A stretch of DNA of 64,000 nt from Heptranchias perlo (Eukaryota). The notes beneath the pieces were generated by a model. It was not told where the DNA came from and did not search any database. It worked only from the letters and a program-made list of their open reading frames with translations. Where the stretch lies: the NCBI RefSeq assembly GCF_035084215.1, contig NC_090352.1, positions 20,460,001-20,524,000 on the forward strand. The letters are read 5' to 3'. Made by a program: the position numbers and the translations under genes. Shown here piece after piece: positions 37,701 through 48,109 of the stretch (position 1 is the first letter of the stretch; each line of letters begins with the position of its first letter).

Positions 37701-39763
37701 AGAATATAATAACATGTATTGGAAATGCTGCATCATGATTGTGCCTCATTACCGAGGAAGGCACAGATCAATAAAGCCAGTTCAGTGGAATCCTACTGTA
37801 CTCATCACTTTTTGAAGTGAACAGTTGCTTATAATGATCAAAATCCATTTTCCAAAACCACATCCAAACCGGTTAAATTATGCATGCAGTAGGTTTGATT
37901 ATTTCTGGATCTGACTACATTCCTCATGTTCAGTTCTTACCTTTCCAGCACCACTCTCCCCACTGACTATTAGTGACTGGTTAACTGGTTCAATGTGGCT
38001 CTGTACATTCCTAAAGGCTTGTTCGGCCACTGTGAAGATGTGGGGTTTCAATTCCTGAAGAAAAGAAAGACTTAATCTCTTGATGTTTTTATTTATATAG
38101 AACAAACACTAAAGTAGTAAAAGCAGTGAAAGTCTTGAATTATTAATGCTGTAAAACTTATCTGTAGGCTAGTACAAATGTGAACTTTCAGCTGCTGATG
38201 AATGCATCTCTGTGGACATCAAATTTAGTTTTCTGACCACATCATCATCATTAGACAAATTAATTAAGCTACTGTGCATTGACAAAATAGGAACATGGCC
38301 TGGGAACCAGAGGGGCTTCTCTCAATTATTCAACTTTTCAACAATTATTCAAGGACTAGTCTAAATAGTCTGAGGAAATTCATGGTCTTGACCGCAGTGT
38401 ACATTACATTGAAGAAATGGTCAGAATAAAGTGGACACAAATTAAATGTTAATATTTTGATTATAATAGGTTACAGAATTTGTAATCAAGGATGAACAAC
38501 ACTGCAATCAATTACTTGTTTCAAGCACATTATATGACTAAAGCAACAAAGTGCCACTCTGCACTTGAGTTACCTGTGGTCGAGACGCAGTGTGGTATTC
38601 CTTCATAATGCCAGGGGAATACAAGTTAGACACAGACTGGAATGGGTTAATAGCCACCAGCGTACAACCTGCATTGGTGTAAAACACGCTGGCCAGATAT
38701 CTTGCCTGCAGACATTTTAAAACTGGGAGACAGAAAAAAAAGTAACAATGTTCACTGTTCAATTTATGCAGACTGCTTAGATTTAAAAAATACTGTGAAA
38801 TCTAATGTATGATGCCATTTATTTTGTACAGAGATTTGTTAATCTGTACAGAGATTAGAATCCAGTAGCTGCAAAGAATATGCACATTTAACAAAAGGTC
38901 CCTTTGTTTACCTAGCATCTCCATCAGAATGTACTTTGGCCTTTGATGATTTAGATAATCAGACCACAGGTAATACAATAATTTCTCAACCTTGAAGTTG
39001 GATAATGAATTGTAAACAATTTTACAACACCAAGTTATAGTCCAACAATTTTATTTTAAAATCCACAAGCTTTCGGAGGCTTCCTCCTTCCTCAGGTGAA
39101 TGTGGAAATGAAATCCTCGAACCTATCGCATTTATAAATCACAGAACAATGCCTGGTGATTACAGATAGTCTTTTGAACTGCCCGACATTCAGCCACCGA
39201 CCTTCGGGTAAGCGTACTCCAAGGCGGCCTTCGAGACAATTGTTGGACTATAACTTGGTGTTGTAAAATTGTTTACAATTGTCAACCCCAGTCCATCACC
39301 GGCATCTCCACATCTTGGATAATGAACACAGGGAGAAACATCACTCTGAATTTGTCAAGTCAACACACTCTTCTAAGAGTAGTTCTGTTGAAGGGGTCCC
39401 AATGTTAAATTACATTTTTCAGAAGACAATGGATCTGCTGTGTATTTCCAGAAATGTCTTATTTCATATTCAGTTTTACTTCGCCCAAGAATGTGTCTTG
39501 TTGTTCCATTAATACATAAAATACATCAAGTACCAGAGTCATAGTCAAACATCCAGTATTTTAAAAACAAGTATGCCACAAAAATCAGGTCACTACCCAA
39601 TTAATTAGATACCTGTGGTAGTTGTCACTGGGTTGACTTTAGTGAGGTCATCAAACTGGTGCAATTGATCTTCATTAATGAGAAAAGCTTTTATCTCCTC
39701 CTCAAGTATATGGTTCAATGTAGTGTGATCTGAAGCCTTCTGGGACTTTTTGAAGCCATTAGT
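10682..39763 (-). CDS. MYO19: Unconventional myosin-XIX (mitochondria-associated myosin), spliced; 23 coding exons traced, N-terminal start exon uncertain
   Basis: The 23 exons total 2922 nt and stay in frame. Motifs: P-loop SGESGAGKT, switch [10 protein letters not shown], switch [39 protein letters not shown] motifs, tail WPLGLVL and KFHCRRSPL. Synteny with ZNHIT3 and PIGW. Confidence 0.97.
10965..11309 (-). CDS. MYO19: MYO19 exon (tail, mitochondrial-membrane association region)
   Basis: [12 protein letters not shown]...SWPLGLVL...[10 protein letters not shown]. Confidence 0.9.
11360..11922 (+). mobile_element. DeuSINE-type SINE containing an inverted tail fragment (~11590-11700)
   Basis: Head TTGGCTCATTTGGTAGCACTC, tail GTGCTATATAAATG; internal GCATTTATATAACACC in opposite orientation. 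Confidence 0.75.
12337..12422 (-). CDS. MYO19: MYO19 exon (IQ)
   Basis: [29 protein letters not shown]. Confidence 0.93.
12945..13352 (+). mobile_element. CR1 3' fragment
   Basis: [21 protein letters not shown]; [15 protein letters not shown]; tail CCGTTCCTATGTTCT. Confidence 0.85.
13355..13690 (+). mobile_element. LF-SINE-like ancient SINE (related copy ~40200-40570)
   Basis: TTCAAATCCAGCCCAG B-box head and GAGG...GGGGCAGAGTCGAGGGAACTTCACTCTG body; family assigned from recalled consensus. Confidence 0.45.
13716..13845 (-). CDS. MYO19: MYO19 exon (IQ motifs), GC donor
   Basis: [43 protein letters not shown]; ends AG|GCAAGT. Confidence 0.88.
14460..14870 (-). mobile_element. Degenerate DeuSINE-type SINE
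   Basis: CCATGGGATC, ACTCCCTCAGTGCAGCATTGGAG and CTTGAACC blocks shared with other copies. Confidence 0.65.
16045..16440 (-). mobile_element. CR1 3' fragment
   Basis: CATAGAAGTTACAACACAGAAACAGACCATTC tail and TATGGCCCCTCCTTCTTGAC (RGH motif) in reverse complement. Confidence 0.65.
16502..16677 (-). CDS. MYO19: MYO19 exon (converter)
   Basis: [20 protein letters not shown]...[14 protein letters not shown]. Confidence 0.9.
17040..18126 (+). mobile_element. L2-clade LINE 3' fragment (degenerate RT)
   Basis: [14 protein letters not shown]...TDDTQLY...[11 protein letters not shown]; [14 protein letters not shown]; tail GGCGCTATATAAATGCAAGTTGTTGTT. Confidence 0.9.
18172..18284 (-). CDS. MYO19: MYO19 exon
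   Basis: [14 protein letters not shown]...CSPAKRKK. Confidence 0.85.
18685..18755 (-). CDS. MYO19: MYO19 exon
   Basis: [23 protein letters not shown]. Confidence 0.95.
19336..19443 (-). CDS. MYO19: MYO19 exon
   Basis: [24 protein letters not shown]...SEE. Confidence 0.95.
19544..19684 (-). CDS. MYO19: MYO19 exon
   Basis: [14 protein letters not shown]...VTVVSKFK. Confidence 0.94.
20685..20861 (-). CDS. MYO19: MYO19 exon
   Basis: [17 protein letters not shown]...[12 protein letters not shown]...MEKNK. Confidence 0.95.
21435..21512 (+). repeat. 26-bp tandem repeat x3 within a SINE tail
   Basis: GATGAGA(T/G)GTGCTATATAAAAGCAAG repeated three times. Confidence 0.9.
21930..22575 (-). mobile_element. 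DeuSINE-type SINE interrupted by a plus-strand CR1-type 3' fragment (~22110-22320)
   Basis: SINE blocks flank TGTGGAACTTACTACCAC...GGCCTGTTTCTGTGCTGTACAATCTA. Confidence 0.75.
23009..23122 (-). CDS. MYO19: MYO19 exon
   Basis: [38 protein letters not shown]. Confidence 0.95.
23810..23931 (-). CDS. MYO19: MYO19 exon (switch II/relay)
   Basis: [41 protein letters not shown]. Confidence 0.96.
24739..24812 (-). CDS. MYO19: MYO19 exon
   Basis: [24 protein letters not shown]. Confidence 0.94.
25157..27794 (+). mobile_element. 5'-truncated Tx1/L1-clade non-LTR retrotransposon (3' part of ORF2), split by a CR1 insertion
   Basis: [36 protein letters not shown]...GGKGVPNV...KWS, resuming VLETLREKE...[26 protein letters not shown] (zf-RVT-like)...LWGKATV* at 27483; AATAAA at 27767 and poly(A) at 27785-27794. 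Confidence 0.9.
25672..26902 (+). mobile_element. 5'-truncated CR1 LINE (C-terminal half of RT + 3'UTR), young
   Basis: [13 protein letters not shown]...[21 protein letters not shown]...KFADDTK...[13 protein letters not shown]...[10 protein letters not shown] with no stops; ends in (TTCTTATG)3 at 26879-26902. Confidence 0.95.
27955..28260 (-). mobile_element. DeuSINE-type SINE
   Basis: GCATTTAT...CCTCAGGATGTCCC...GCAGCCAATTTGTGCACAGCAAGATC-like blocks. Confidence 0.75.
28538..28709 (-). CDS. MYO19: MYO19 exon
   Basis: [14 protein letters not shown]...[14 protein letters not shown]...[11 protein letters not shown]. Confidence 0.94.
28990..29080 (-). CDS. MYO19: MYO19 exon
   Basis: [30 protein letters not shown]. 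Confidence 0.93.
30070..30260 (-). mobile_element. Old CR1 RT fragment
   Basis: Reverse complement resembles W..GRKQT...[15 protein letters not shown]. Confidence 0.5.
30677..30753 (-). CDS. MYO19: MYO19 exon
   Basis: [26 protein letters not shown]. Confidence 0.93.
31160..31500 (+). mobile_element. Second dispersed SINE-like family (related copies ~41215, 43510, 53390, 55790, 56585 on +; ~33540, 46180, 55590, 61780 on -)
   Basis: Recurring GGTTCAAT..CTGTGCTGAGTTAGC, GGGAGGAAAA..CAGGG and CCCTGCTGGAAA..TGTGGA blocks. Confidence 0.65.
31940..32036 (-). CDS. MYO19: MYO19 exon
   Basis: [32 protein letters not shown]. Confidence 0.92.
32880..33038. repeat. Palindromic repeat, probably PLE-derived
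   Basis: Perfect 23-bp arms 32925-32947 and 32969-32991 with imperfect extension; the loop holds CTGATGAAGGG on the minus strand. Confidence 0.7.
33245..33347 (-). CDS. MYO19: MYO19 exon
   Basis: [34 protein letters not shown]. Confidence 0.95.
33996..34065 (-). CDS. MYO19: MYO19 exon (switch I)
   Basis: [23 protein letters not shown]. Confidence 0.95.
36764..37110 (+). pseudogene. PIF/Harbinger transposase (HARBI1-like) remnant
   Basis: Frameshifted YPH...SNLQC...[33 protein letters not shown] followed by a GSF segment. Confidence 0.75.
37322..37454 (-). CDS. MYO19: MYO19 exon
   Basis: [12 protein letters not shown]...[11 protein letters not shown]. Confidence 0.95.
37941..38054 (-). CDS. 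MYO19: MYO19 exon (P-loop)
   Basis: [17 protein letters not shown]...SGESGAGK. Confidence 0.95.
38574..38722 (-). CDS. MYO19: MYO19 exon
   Basis: [28 protein letters not shown]...SRPQ. Confidence 0.95.
39008..39314. mobile_element. Penelope-like element insertion with inverted termini and 12-bp TSD
   Basis: TTGGATAATGAA at 38998-39009 and 39315-39326; 43-bp perfect inverted repeat; internal [17 protein letters not shown], resembling a PLE GIY-YIG segment. Confidence 0.8.
39061..39101 (-). ncRNA. Minimal type I hammerhead ribozyme motif (PLE-type)
   Basis: Minus strand reads ATTCAC-CTGAGGA-A-GGAGG-AAG-CCTCC-GAAA-GC-TT-GTGGAT. Confidence 0.7.
39613..39763 (-). CDS. MYO19: MYO19 exon
   Basis: TNGFKK...[17 protein letters not shown]. 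Confidence 0.9.
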
Positions 39764-40599
39764 CTGAAAACAGAACCACAAGACATTCAACATGTACCTT
39801 TCCTCGAGCATGAACACTTCATTTTTATTGCTAACTAGTATTCCTCTTAAGGGAGTAGTAAATAATGTTTGTTACAGTATGGAAGTTATACAATATGTTT
39901 GTGTGCTATTGCATTTATTAGATTACCCTTTAAGAGTGTTGCATGCTTATAAAAGTAAATAGAACTAGTAACCTCAGTAATAATTATTTAGGAAACTCCA
40001 GTTTATTTTGCTTTTGGTGAAACAATACTGGTCAGTGACACAGAATCTAAAATCTCCAAAAAAATTCCAATCATATTCCTTAGGATTATAATAAATCTGG
40101 TAATAAAGCAAATTTGTGAAAATAGAAGTAAACTTATAATTTAAAAGAATCCAGAAAAATAACAATGGTCACTGCTTGTGTGCTTTGCTTACATATGGAA
40201 CTGGTGCACTGGGTTGCGCATTTAGAACACTGCATTTCAACTCTGGGGCCTCAGTTCAAATCCCGCTTAGAATGATGGGATGAAAGATTCCTCTATCTGC
40301 TTGTTGTAAAGATCCTGTAGAGGACCACAACATTAAACTGCCTTTATTGGCACTAAATAGGCAATCTCATTCAAAGTGCGCACAGGATGGCTAGTGTGGA
40401 ACATTGGAAACGGTCACAATGGTACAGTAAGAGGGTGCTATTTTGATATTGGAGCTGAGATACAACTGGAGGGAGCTACAAGTGACCTGGGAGTGGTTGA
40501 TGTTGACATTGGGTGCCTGCAATGAAAAAGTGCTTCATTCGCCAGCACTGAAAAACCTCATATTGAGGAACCAAAATTTCACAAAGAGCAAACGATTGC

Positions 40600-41122
40600 T
40601 CCTGCCTCAGCTTATCCGATGCTGAAACCCTCATCTATGCCTTTGTTACCTCTAGACTTGATTACTTCAATGCTCTCCTGGCCAGCCTCCCAACATCCAC
40701 CCTCTATAAACTTGAGCTCATTCAAAACTCTGCTGCCCGTATCCTAACTCGCACCAAGTCCCGTTCACACATCACCACAATGCTCGTGACCTACATTGCG
40801 TTGCCACACCGGCAATGCATCGATTTTAAAATTCTCGTCCTGGCTTTCAAATCACTCCATGATCTCGCCTTTCTTTAGATTTTCTTCACTCCACCACTGG
40901 CAGCCATGCCTTCAGCTGCCTAGGCCCTAAGCTCCGGAATTCCCTCCCTAAACCTCTCGCTCCTCCTTTAAGATGCTTCTTAAAGCTTACCTCTTTGATC
41001 AAGCTTTTGGTCACTTGCCCTAATATCTCCTTACGTGGCTCGGTGTCAAATTCTGTTCGATAACGCTCCTGTGAAGCATCTTGGGACGTTTTACATTAAA
41101 GGCGCTATATAAATGCAAGCTT
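40600..41122 (+). mobile_element. L2-clade LINE 3' fragment
   Basis: Similar to 17550-18120 (TTGTTACCTCTAGACTTGA, GAATTCCCTCCCTAAACCTCTC, same tail). Confidence 0.85.
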
Positions 41123-41864
41123 ACACCTTGTTCTCAATGATGGTAGGAAAGCAAACACTAAAATGTTCAATGCTTCTTTGTACGTCAATCATCCACATGC
41201 ACCAAATGGAATTCCCAAGTTCGACCTTGATGCTGTACTGAGTTAGCTAATCTCAGCCAGGGTGATACAGATGAGGGAGAAGTAAAATTAGCAAGGATTT
41301 CCAGTCCTGAATGATATCCTCCTGGAAAATCGTGTTGCCTTGACTGTGATACAAAGTTCTACCGATAACACCTTGTGTTATCGGTAGAGTCAAAGTTTGA
41401 CTTCAGTTATTCTGAATAAGATTGCAAATCTGTAAGAGCTGCTTCATGCAAAATATTAGTTTTAAATTAAGTTTGGTTGGGGGGGGGGGGGGGGGGGAAA
41501 GGGGAAAATTTGAAAAAAGCTAATACTCCTCAAATGGAACATGGTCTCCCAAACACTGAATGCAAATATTTCAAAACAAAATAAGTGCAGATTTATAGGT
41601 TAGCACTACTGATGCTAGTAGCAGCAGGTTTGGCCCTTCTCAACACGTTCTGCCTATTACATTCCAGGAATTGTTTCCGTATCAAACAATGTTGGTCAAC
41701 ATTAATGGACGACACTGCCAATTTCATTTGAAACATGTGCACATACTGCAACCCCTCAGGCCAGGGCTGTTCTGCGGCCTTATTAAAGCAGTAAGAAGTT
41801 TGATACTTAATCCCCCCCTCTTTTCTGACCCTTCACCGATCACAACCTCTGCTGCTGACAACCT

Positions 41865-42030
41865 CAGCCAGAAGTTGTGGGTTCAAGTCCCACAGAGACT
41901 TGAGCACAAAATCTAGGCTGACACTCCAGTGCAGTACAGAGGGAGTGCTGCATTGGCGGAGGTGCCATCTTTCAGATGAGATGTCAAACCAAGGTCCTGT
42001 CTGCCCTCTCAGGGTGGATGCAAAAGACCC
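41865..42030 (+). mobile_element. DeuSINE-type SINE, 5' half
   Basis: CAGAAGTTGTGGGTTCAAGTCCCAC...CTGTCTGCCCTCTCAGG. Confidence 0.75.
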
Positions 42031-45000
42031 CAGGAAGAACTATTTACAACGTCAGCTAGTATGTGGGCCAGGAAGGGAAGTTGAGTGAGCAGTTTTGTGG
42101 GAATGGAGTCAAGAGAGCAGGAAGTGGGTCTCATGAACAAGATAAGCTCAGAGGGCACACGGGGAGAGGACAGAAACTAGAAAAGGACACGGGTTCAGGG
42201 CTAGATGAGCAAGGGGAGGGGGGTATGCAGCAGAGACACCTGAACAATGGTCTCAAATCATAGTGACAAAGAAGTCTCTAAGTTCCTCACATTTGTTGGA
42301 CCCACAGATTTTTCATCACAGTCTTAACCGCCTCTATTTTACACTACAGCAGCTAGGAGATCTTCAACTCCTACAGCATGGTACCCAGTTATTCGATGCT
42401 CATTCACTCCTGCACTGTCTTCTCAATTACTCCACGCACATCCAATTTAATTTCTCCGTATATATCCACTCCTATAATGCTTTTTCAATACTCCCACCAA
42501 TCAACGTCAAGTATGGTTGACCCCTCCGCTTCAATGTCATCTGCTCAATTTTCTATTCCAAATAGTCTCATTACATTTGAAACACTAACATATTCCACAC
42601 TTCAGCAACCAAATACAAAACATCCTTCATGTTCATTTGATCTACACATTGACAACAACAAAAAAAGTCAATTCCAACATTTTTGTCAGTAAATATATTT
42701 TGTGGCTTTTATTACACTCAGGTCAACAGATTTTATTGTATAGTTAGTGTTCTTAGATGGGAATATGCTCTGCAACTCTCCAGAGGACATCTCTGATAAG
42801 TATGCAGGTGCATTATCCATTAGAATGGCGCTTTGCATTTATGGAACAAAATGATTACAAAATCAGTTTCTATCATCCATCCAGACAATTCTGAGACTTA
42901 CTGATTACAGCAATCTCTTTAAAATCTTTTAATGTGTCAGCAATGAAGGTTAGCAGACATTCTATTAGCTCAGGCAGTTTTAAGAACAAAAATTCTCAAT
43001 AAATAATAGCAGTTAGTGCCTGTCTCAGTCAAACTGCAGTGTTTGTCTAGGAAAGCATTTCTAAAATAAGACTGGTTTCATCAGTTACCGATTTGGTCCT
43101 TTGTTTTCAAATATAGAGAAAGTCTCACCCACTTCCACATCTGTTTCAAGCTTCTCATTGGTTGCATGTCTGATATATTCAGGTAGTGTTTAAACATGGA
43201 ACCAAAGGCTTCATTCCAGCATTAAGTTATTTAGCCTCATCATAAAGATATCTGTTTTTCTCCATTTTGTCTTTCGATACATCTGATAAAATTAGTATTG
43301 GCAACTTTTTCATTGGAGAACCTCTAAAGCATTTTTCTTGCAAGTACTATAAGTTTGTATTTTGGCCAACATCTTCAGTTCATTTTCTTCTTTCTTTGAC
43401 TGTTCAGCATTTCTAAAATCAGCCAATGTTTGTCTTTTTAATTTTAAAGAAAAACTCAAGGAAGAAATTCAACTCCCCAAATGATTTAAATGATAAATGA
43501 GAGAAGAGCTGAACCACATAACTTGGTTCAATTCCCAGTATGTGTTGAGTTAGTTGATCATAGCCTGGGAGGCAGTACTGTAATTGGCTTGATCACACTG
43601 AGTTATGAAAAGTGAAAAAGCAACTGAAATTAGCCAGGGTTCCTGATGATTCCCAATCATTAACCAGGAATCACTGCTAGAACTACCTGGTGAACTTCAG
43701 GCAAGAAGCTGCTCTGGCTCAGCTGCGATACTTCATGCTCAAATAGCCTGCCGATACTCACTGGCTGGGCTCACACATGAGGAACAGCCACTTAGATAAT
43801 ATAGTGGAAGGCAACTGGCATCCAAGGAATCATACCGCAGCAAGGAGCCAACACCTTCAAGAAGGACAAGAGTGTGGGTGTGGGGGAAAGAGCACAGCAA
43901 AAAACAGACACCTTCTCTCGTACAAATTATTAGCATAATGAGTTTTTCTTTTTGACACCAGTTGTGAGGACTCTGAGGTGATAAGAACGTCTCAAATGTG
44001 GCGGCCACTACAAAGAGTGAGAGGATAATCAGTGCCACTTCCAGCAAATTTTATTCCAAAAATATTTTCCACTGCAACTCTGTAGATGATATACATGTCT
44101 AGGATTCAGAGGTGCATTCATACAACATTCAAATTTCTAATATGAAAATCCACTGAAACATCTGGTAAGTTTTATTCCAACAGCCACATTAATTTTTAAG
44201 GTAACAGTTACAAACATTTTGGGGGGGGGGGGGGGGGGGGGGGAAGAAAGAAACTACTGGAGTTCAATCTGGGCAAAAATCTTAAGCCCTTGCATACATT
44301 ACTATATTACCAAATTATTGGATTGGTATTTTCTAATTTAGAGAAATGGATACGTATTCTGAAATATAAACACGCGTATGTGGAACATCAGAAGCTCGGC
44401 GGGTGTAGAATATTTAAGCAATATCTACTAGATCTCAGTCAACTGCAGCATTACATAACAATACTGCACTGTACGTTACCACTGGCCAAATCAAATTACA
44501 CACTTCCAGTGAATCATGGCAAATCACATTAATTTTCTGAGATTCTTTTCTAAAACTAGAATATTTACTAACACAAAATCTTCATTTTCCAAAAAGACTA
44601 AGATTAAATTTCAAATGTACCCCTTTCCATCTGGGAGTGCCTGGTTTAGGAGCTAACAGTGGGGTGTCTCTGCCTAGTTCTTTGCATATTTGTCCCTCCA
44701 CAAGTTACACTCTAGCACTTGTATCTGTGCCCAGGTTATTAGCTTAATTTTCGATTTATTGGGCACATCAATTGTTCGCAAGACTGTCCTCTACTCCTGG
44801 AGGCTGATTTAGCGAATGGTTAGAACAATTTTTCCCAAATAATTGTAAGTGAGCAGACAATTTAGATATCATTCCAGCAGGCATCAAAGGTTAGACTGAA
44901 GTCAAACAAAGACCTAATTGTATTGGCGTACATGCAGAGGTCTTTTCTAGTGCGGTGTCCCCATCTTTGACTTCACTACATACTTTGCTTTGTGGTCCAC

Positions 45001-46454
45001 CCAACGCTGATATGTATATAACGCCAGATTGCTATAGTTTTGCATGTGTTGAACAGCTGTGTTGTATCCATGAATACTGAGTTTTGTCAAAATTTGTGTA
45101 GTTTTAAAAGAATTTTGTTTCATTACGAGTATTATTTTAACAATTGTCTAAATGCATTACCCAAAGTGCAAATACAAAAATTAAAAGTTACTACTATTGG
45201 TTACAGCATGGAAGCTGATAGTGTGAAATCCAAGCACTACAGCCAAGGCATTGCTCACAAGCCAGGTCAGTAACTTCACAGAATGCATTGTGGCTGCTGG
45301 GAGTCATTACTAGCTTGCTACTTTTGGAACAGAACACGCGCAGTCCACACTGAAACAATTTCTATAAATCCTACTAATGACATCATTACATTTTTCAACA
45401 GGGTGGAGTTAAGACTCAAAAATCTGTTAAGGACTTGACTGTTTCATAAAGTCAGATGCAGCAGGATGACTAACAGGCTCAGTAAGGGGCACAAGACAAT
45501 TCTTATTGTTTCAGTGGAGGAGATCCTAGGAGCTTAAAAGATATTGAATCCCTTGAACTACATCATTGAACCATTAATCCTCGGTGGACGTGGCAACTAC
45601 CACCTTCAGAAAAAAATATATTTCCCCTCCCCCGCCACCCGTAAACACCTCTACACAACCTTTTCAGTAACCTATTTCCACTGTAAAGTCAAATTTAATT
45701 GATCTATATGTTAAAAGAAAAATCACAATTTCCAACATATTCAGAAACTGTTCTTTAGACTATGAAGATATACCCACATTCAGAAGGATTCTACCAGCAT
45801 TGTAAGAGACTGCATGAGACTACTCAAAATCCAGCAATGCAGGTCCAAACAAATCACCTAATTGTGTGCATATTGTTACCAGTCTATGCAAAGCAGAACC
45901 CACCCTAACCACAATAAAAAAATCTTTAAGGTGCAATTCAAAAATTCCAAAATAAATTCAAGGAATCGTCAGCGTGCTCAGGGGATAGTGTGCAACTTTG
46001 TCACAACTTTTTCTTTAATGAAATGCACTAAGCTTTATCATTTCTATGATAGAGTCACAGCAACAGGTCACCAGTGAGGTTAAAATTAAGTATCTTCTCC
46101 ATCTAATTTCTCCTCTTAAAAACAATATACTGTCCAATTTCCTCCTTTCCAGAAAGCAATTAGTCCTGCAGGAGTGTATTTTCATTATTACCAGCCACCC
46201 TCCTGTAACTCACTCAATTTGCCATTCTTCAGGCATGAGCCTCAATAGAGAGTATCAGCAAACTAGACGGTTGTGGCAGACATCACAACTGAGCTTAATC
46301 CTGTCCTCATTTGACATCCACACACATACAGTTCCCAGCAGCCAAGGGATAGTGAAAGTTGGTTTGGAAAATACTATGAAAATTCAAATGGTACTTTATA
46401 AGTACCCTCCCATCAAGAGAATGGATTACGAGCAGGAGTCTAGGATGATTCTAA

Positions 46455-46780
46455 TGTAGGCAAACAAGACAGCCAATTTGAACACAGCAAGTCCTGCAAA
46501 TGAGATGAGTGACCAGCTCATCTGTTCTTGGTGGCATTGATTGGGGGAGGAATATTGGCCAGCACGCCAGCAGAACTCTTGCTTCTCTTAGAATAGTGCC
46601 ATGGGCATCTGAAGAGGCAGAGAGTCTCAGTTTAATCTCTCATTGAAAGATGGTACCTTTGACAATGCAACACTCCCTCAGTTGTCAGCCTACATTATGT
46701 GCTCAGGTTCTAGAGTAGGGCTTTAAGCCACAACCTTCTGACTCAAAAGGCAAGAGTGCTACCACCTGAGCCAAGCTGAC
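46455..46780 (-). mobile_element. DeuSINE-type SINE
   Basis: Same family blocks; ends GAGTGCTACCACCTGAGCCAAGCTGACA. Confidence 0.8.
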
Positions 46781-48109
46781 ATTTGAAAAAAGAAAAAGAA
46801 AAAGCAGAAGAGACTACCCACAGGCAGGAATTACTGCACTGGAAAGGAAAATAAGATCAGGATGGCAGTATGGCTGCTCCATCACTGTCCAAGGATGCAT
46901 ACCAAGAACGTAAATTCAATCCAACAGAGTTCTAATCTATGTACAAGAGAAACAAAAACAGTTGGGAAGAGAGCGCCCAGCCCAAGATAAGGAACTGGCG
47001 GCACCCAAGTCAGCGCAGGCACTTGGTGTTCCATATAGAGTGAGAAATTCAATCGTCAAGTTTTTGAATGTGGTTCATTAAATATGAACCAATATCTAAA
47101 AGTGACAAGACAGGAGAAGATGTTAATTTTCAGAACATAAACACTGTAGAAGGGCCAAGGATAGTAGAGGTCACCGTAGCAAGTTATCCCAATTAGCCTG
47201 CAAGGTTATTTCTCCTGAGGATTGTTTCCAAAAAAAAAATCAATTTTGAAAGTAAGGATCACTGATGCTAAACCTGTGCAGCATAGATCAGGTGTTATGG
47301 CCAAGCTAACTGAAACAAAGTGAAGCGAGGCTCCTTCCTCCAGATAGTCTTATTCACTTTGTTCCATTGATCCAGTGTCAGTTCAGACCACGATTCCAGA
47401 TTCAGGCTGCATTTAGACTATAACTACAACACTACTGTGAAGTTCAATTGGTTATCACCAATGTTATAGTTGGAGTGTAAATGTAGCCTTCAAAATTTGC
47501 TCTCCATCTATGGAACAACAGATGTGATACCAATTAATCTTAATCCATCCAGACTGCAGGTGACCCTCAAGTGCATAATTATCATGTGCGCATCCTAAAC
47601 AGCTTGTTAAAATGTAGTTTGAGGAAACTGAATTTCAATGTACATCAATTGAAATTACTAAAGCACCCCAAGTGAGAATACTGGTGTTTAGAATACAGTA
47701 TTAGAATTCTAGTAATTGTAATCGATGTTTGGTAGTTCAGCGATTGTCACTTCAGCTGTAAATTCAATTATGTATCTCCTCCCAGGCAGATATTTTTTCC
47801 CCAGAGGAGATCAGCACAGTCACCGTTTTAGTATAATTAAAAACAAAAATTGCTTGGAGACCAGAGTCAACAATCTCAGAAGAACATTGTATGAAATTTG
47901 TAATGCCCAGATAAGGTTAGCAACATTTATTCTACACCTCTCACTCTCCCTCAATCTTTCTACATTTTAATGTTAAGAAAACTCTTTTTTTCTCAAATTT
48001 CAAACTAGAGCGGATTACACAGAATGTAGGGAAAGTGCCCGGCACAATGGGTTACATGAAGGTGACATCGCCCTTGTGATGGTCATTCCTGTCACAGGAA
48101 AATTATTCA

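Noticed and set aside
41479-44243. Long homopolymer runs (G19 at 41479-41497, G23 at 44221-44243; also C24 at 62857-62880)
   Set aside because: Simple homopolymers of unreliable length with no evidence of function, although the G-rich strand could form G-quadruplexes.
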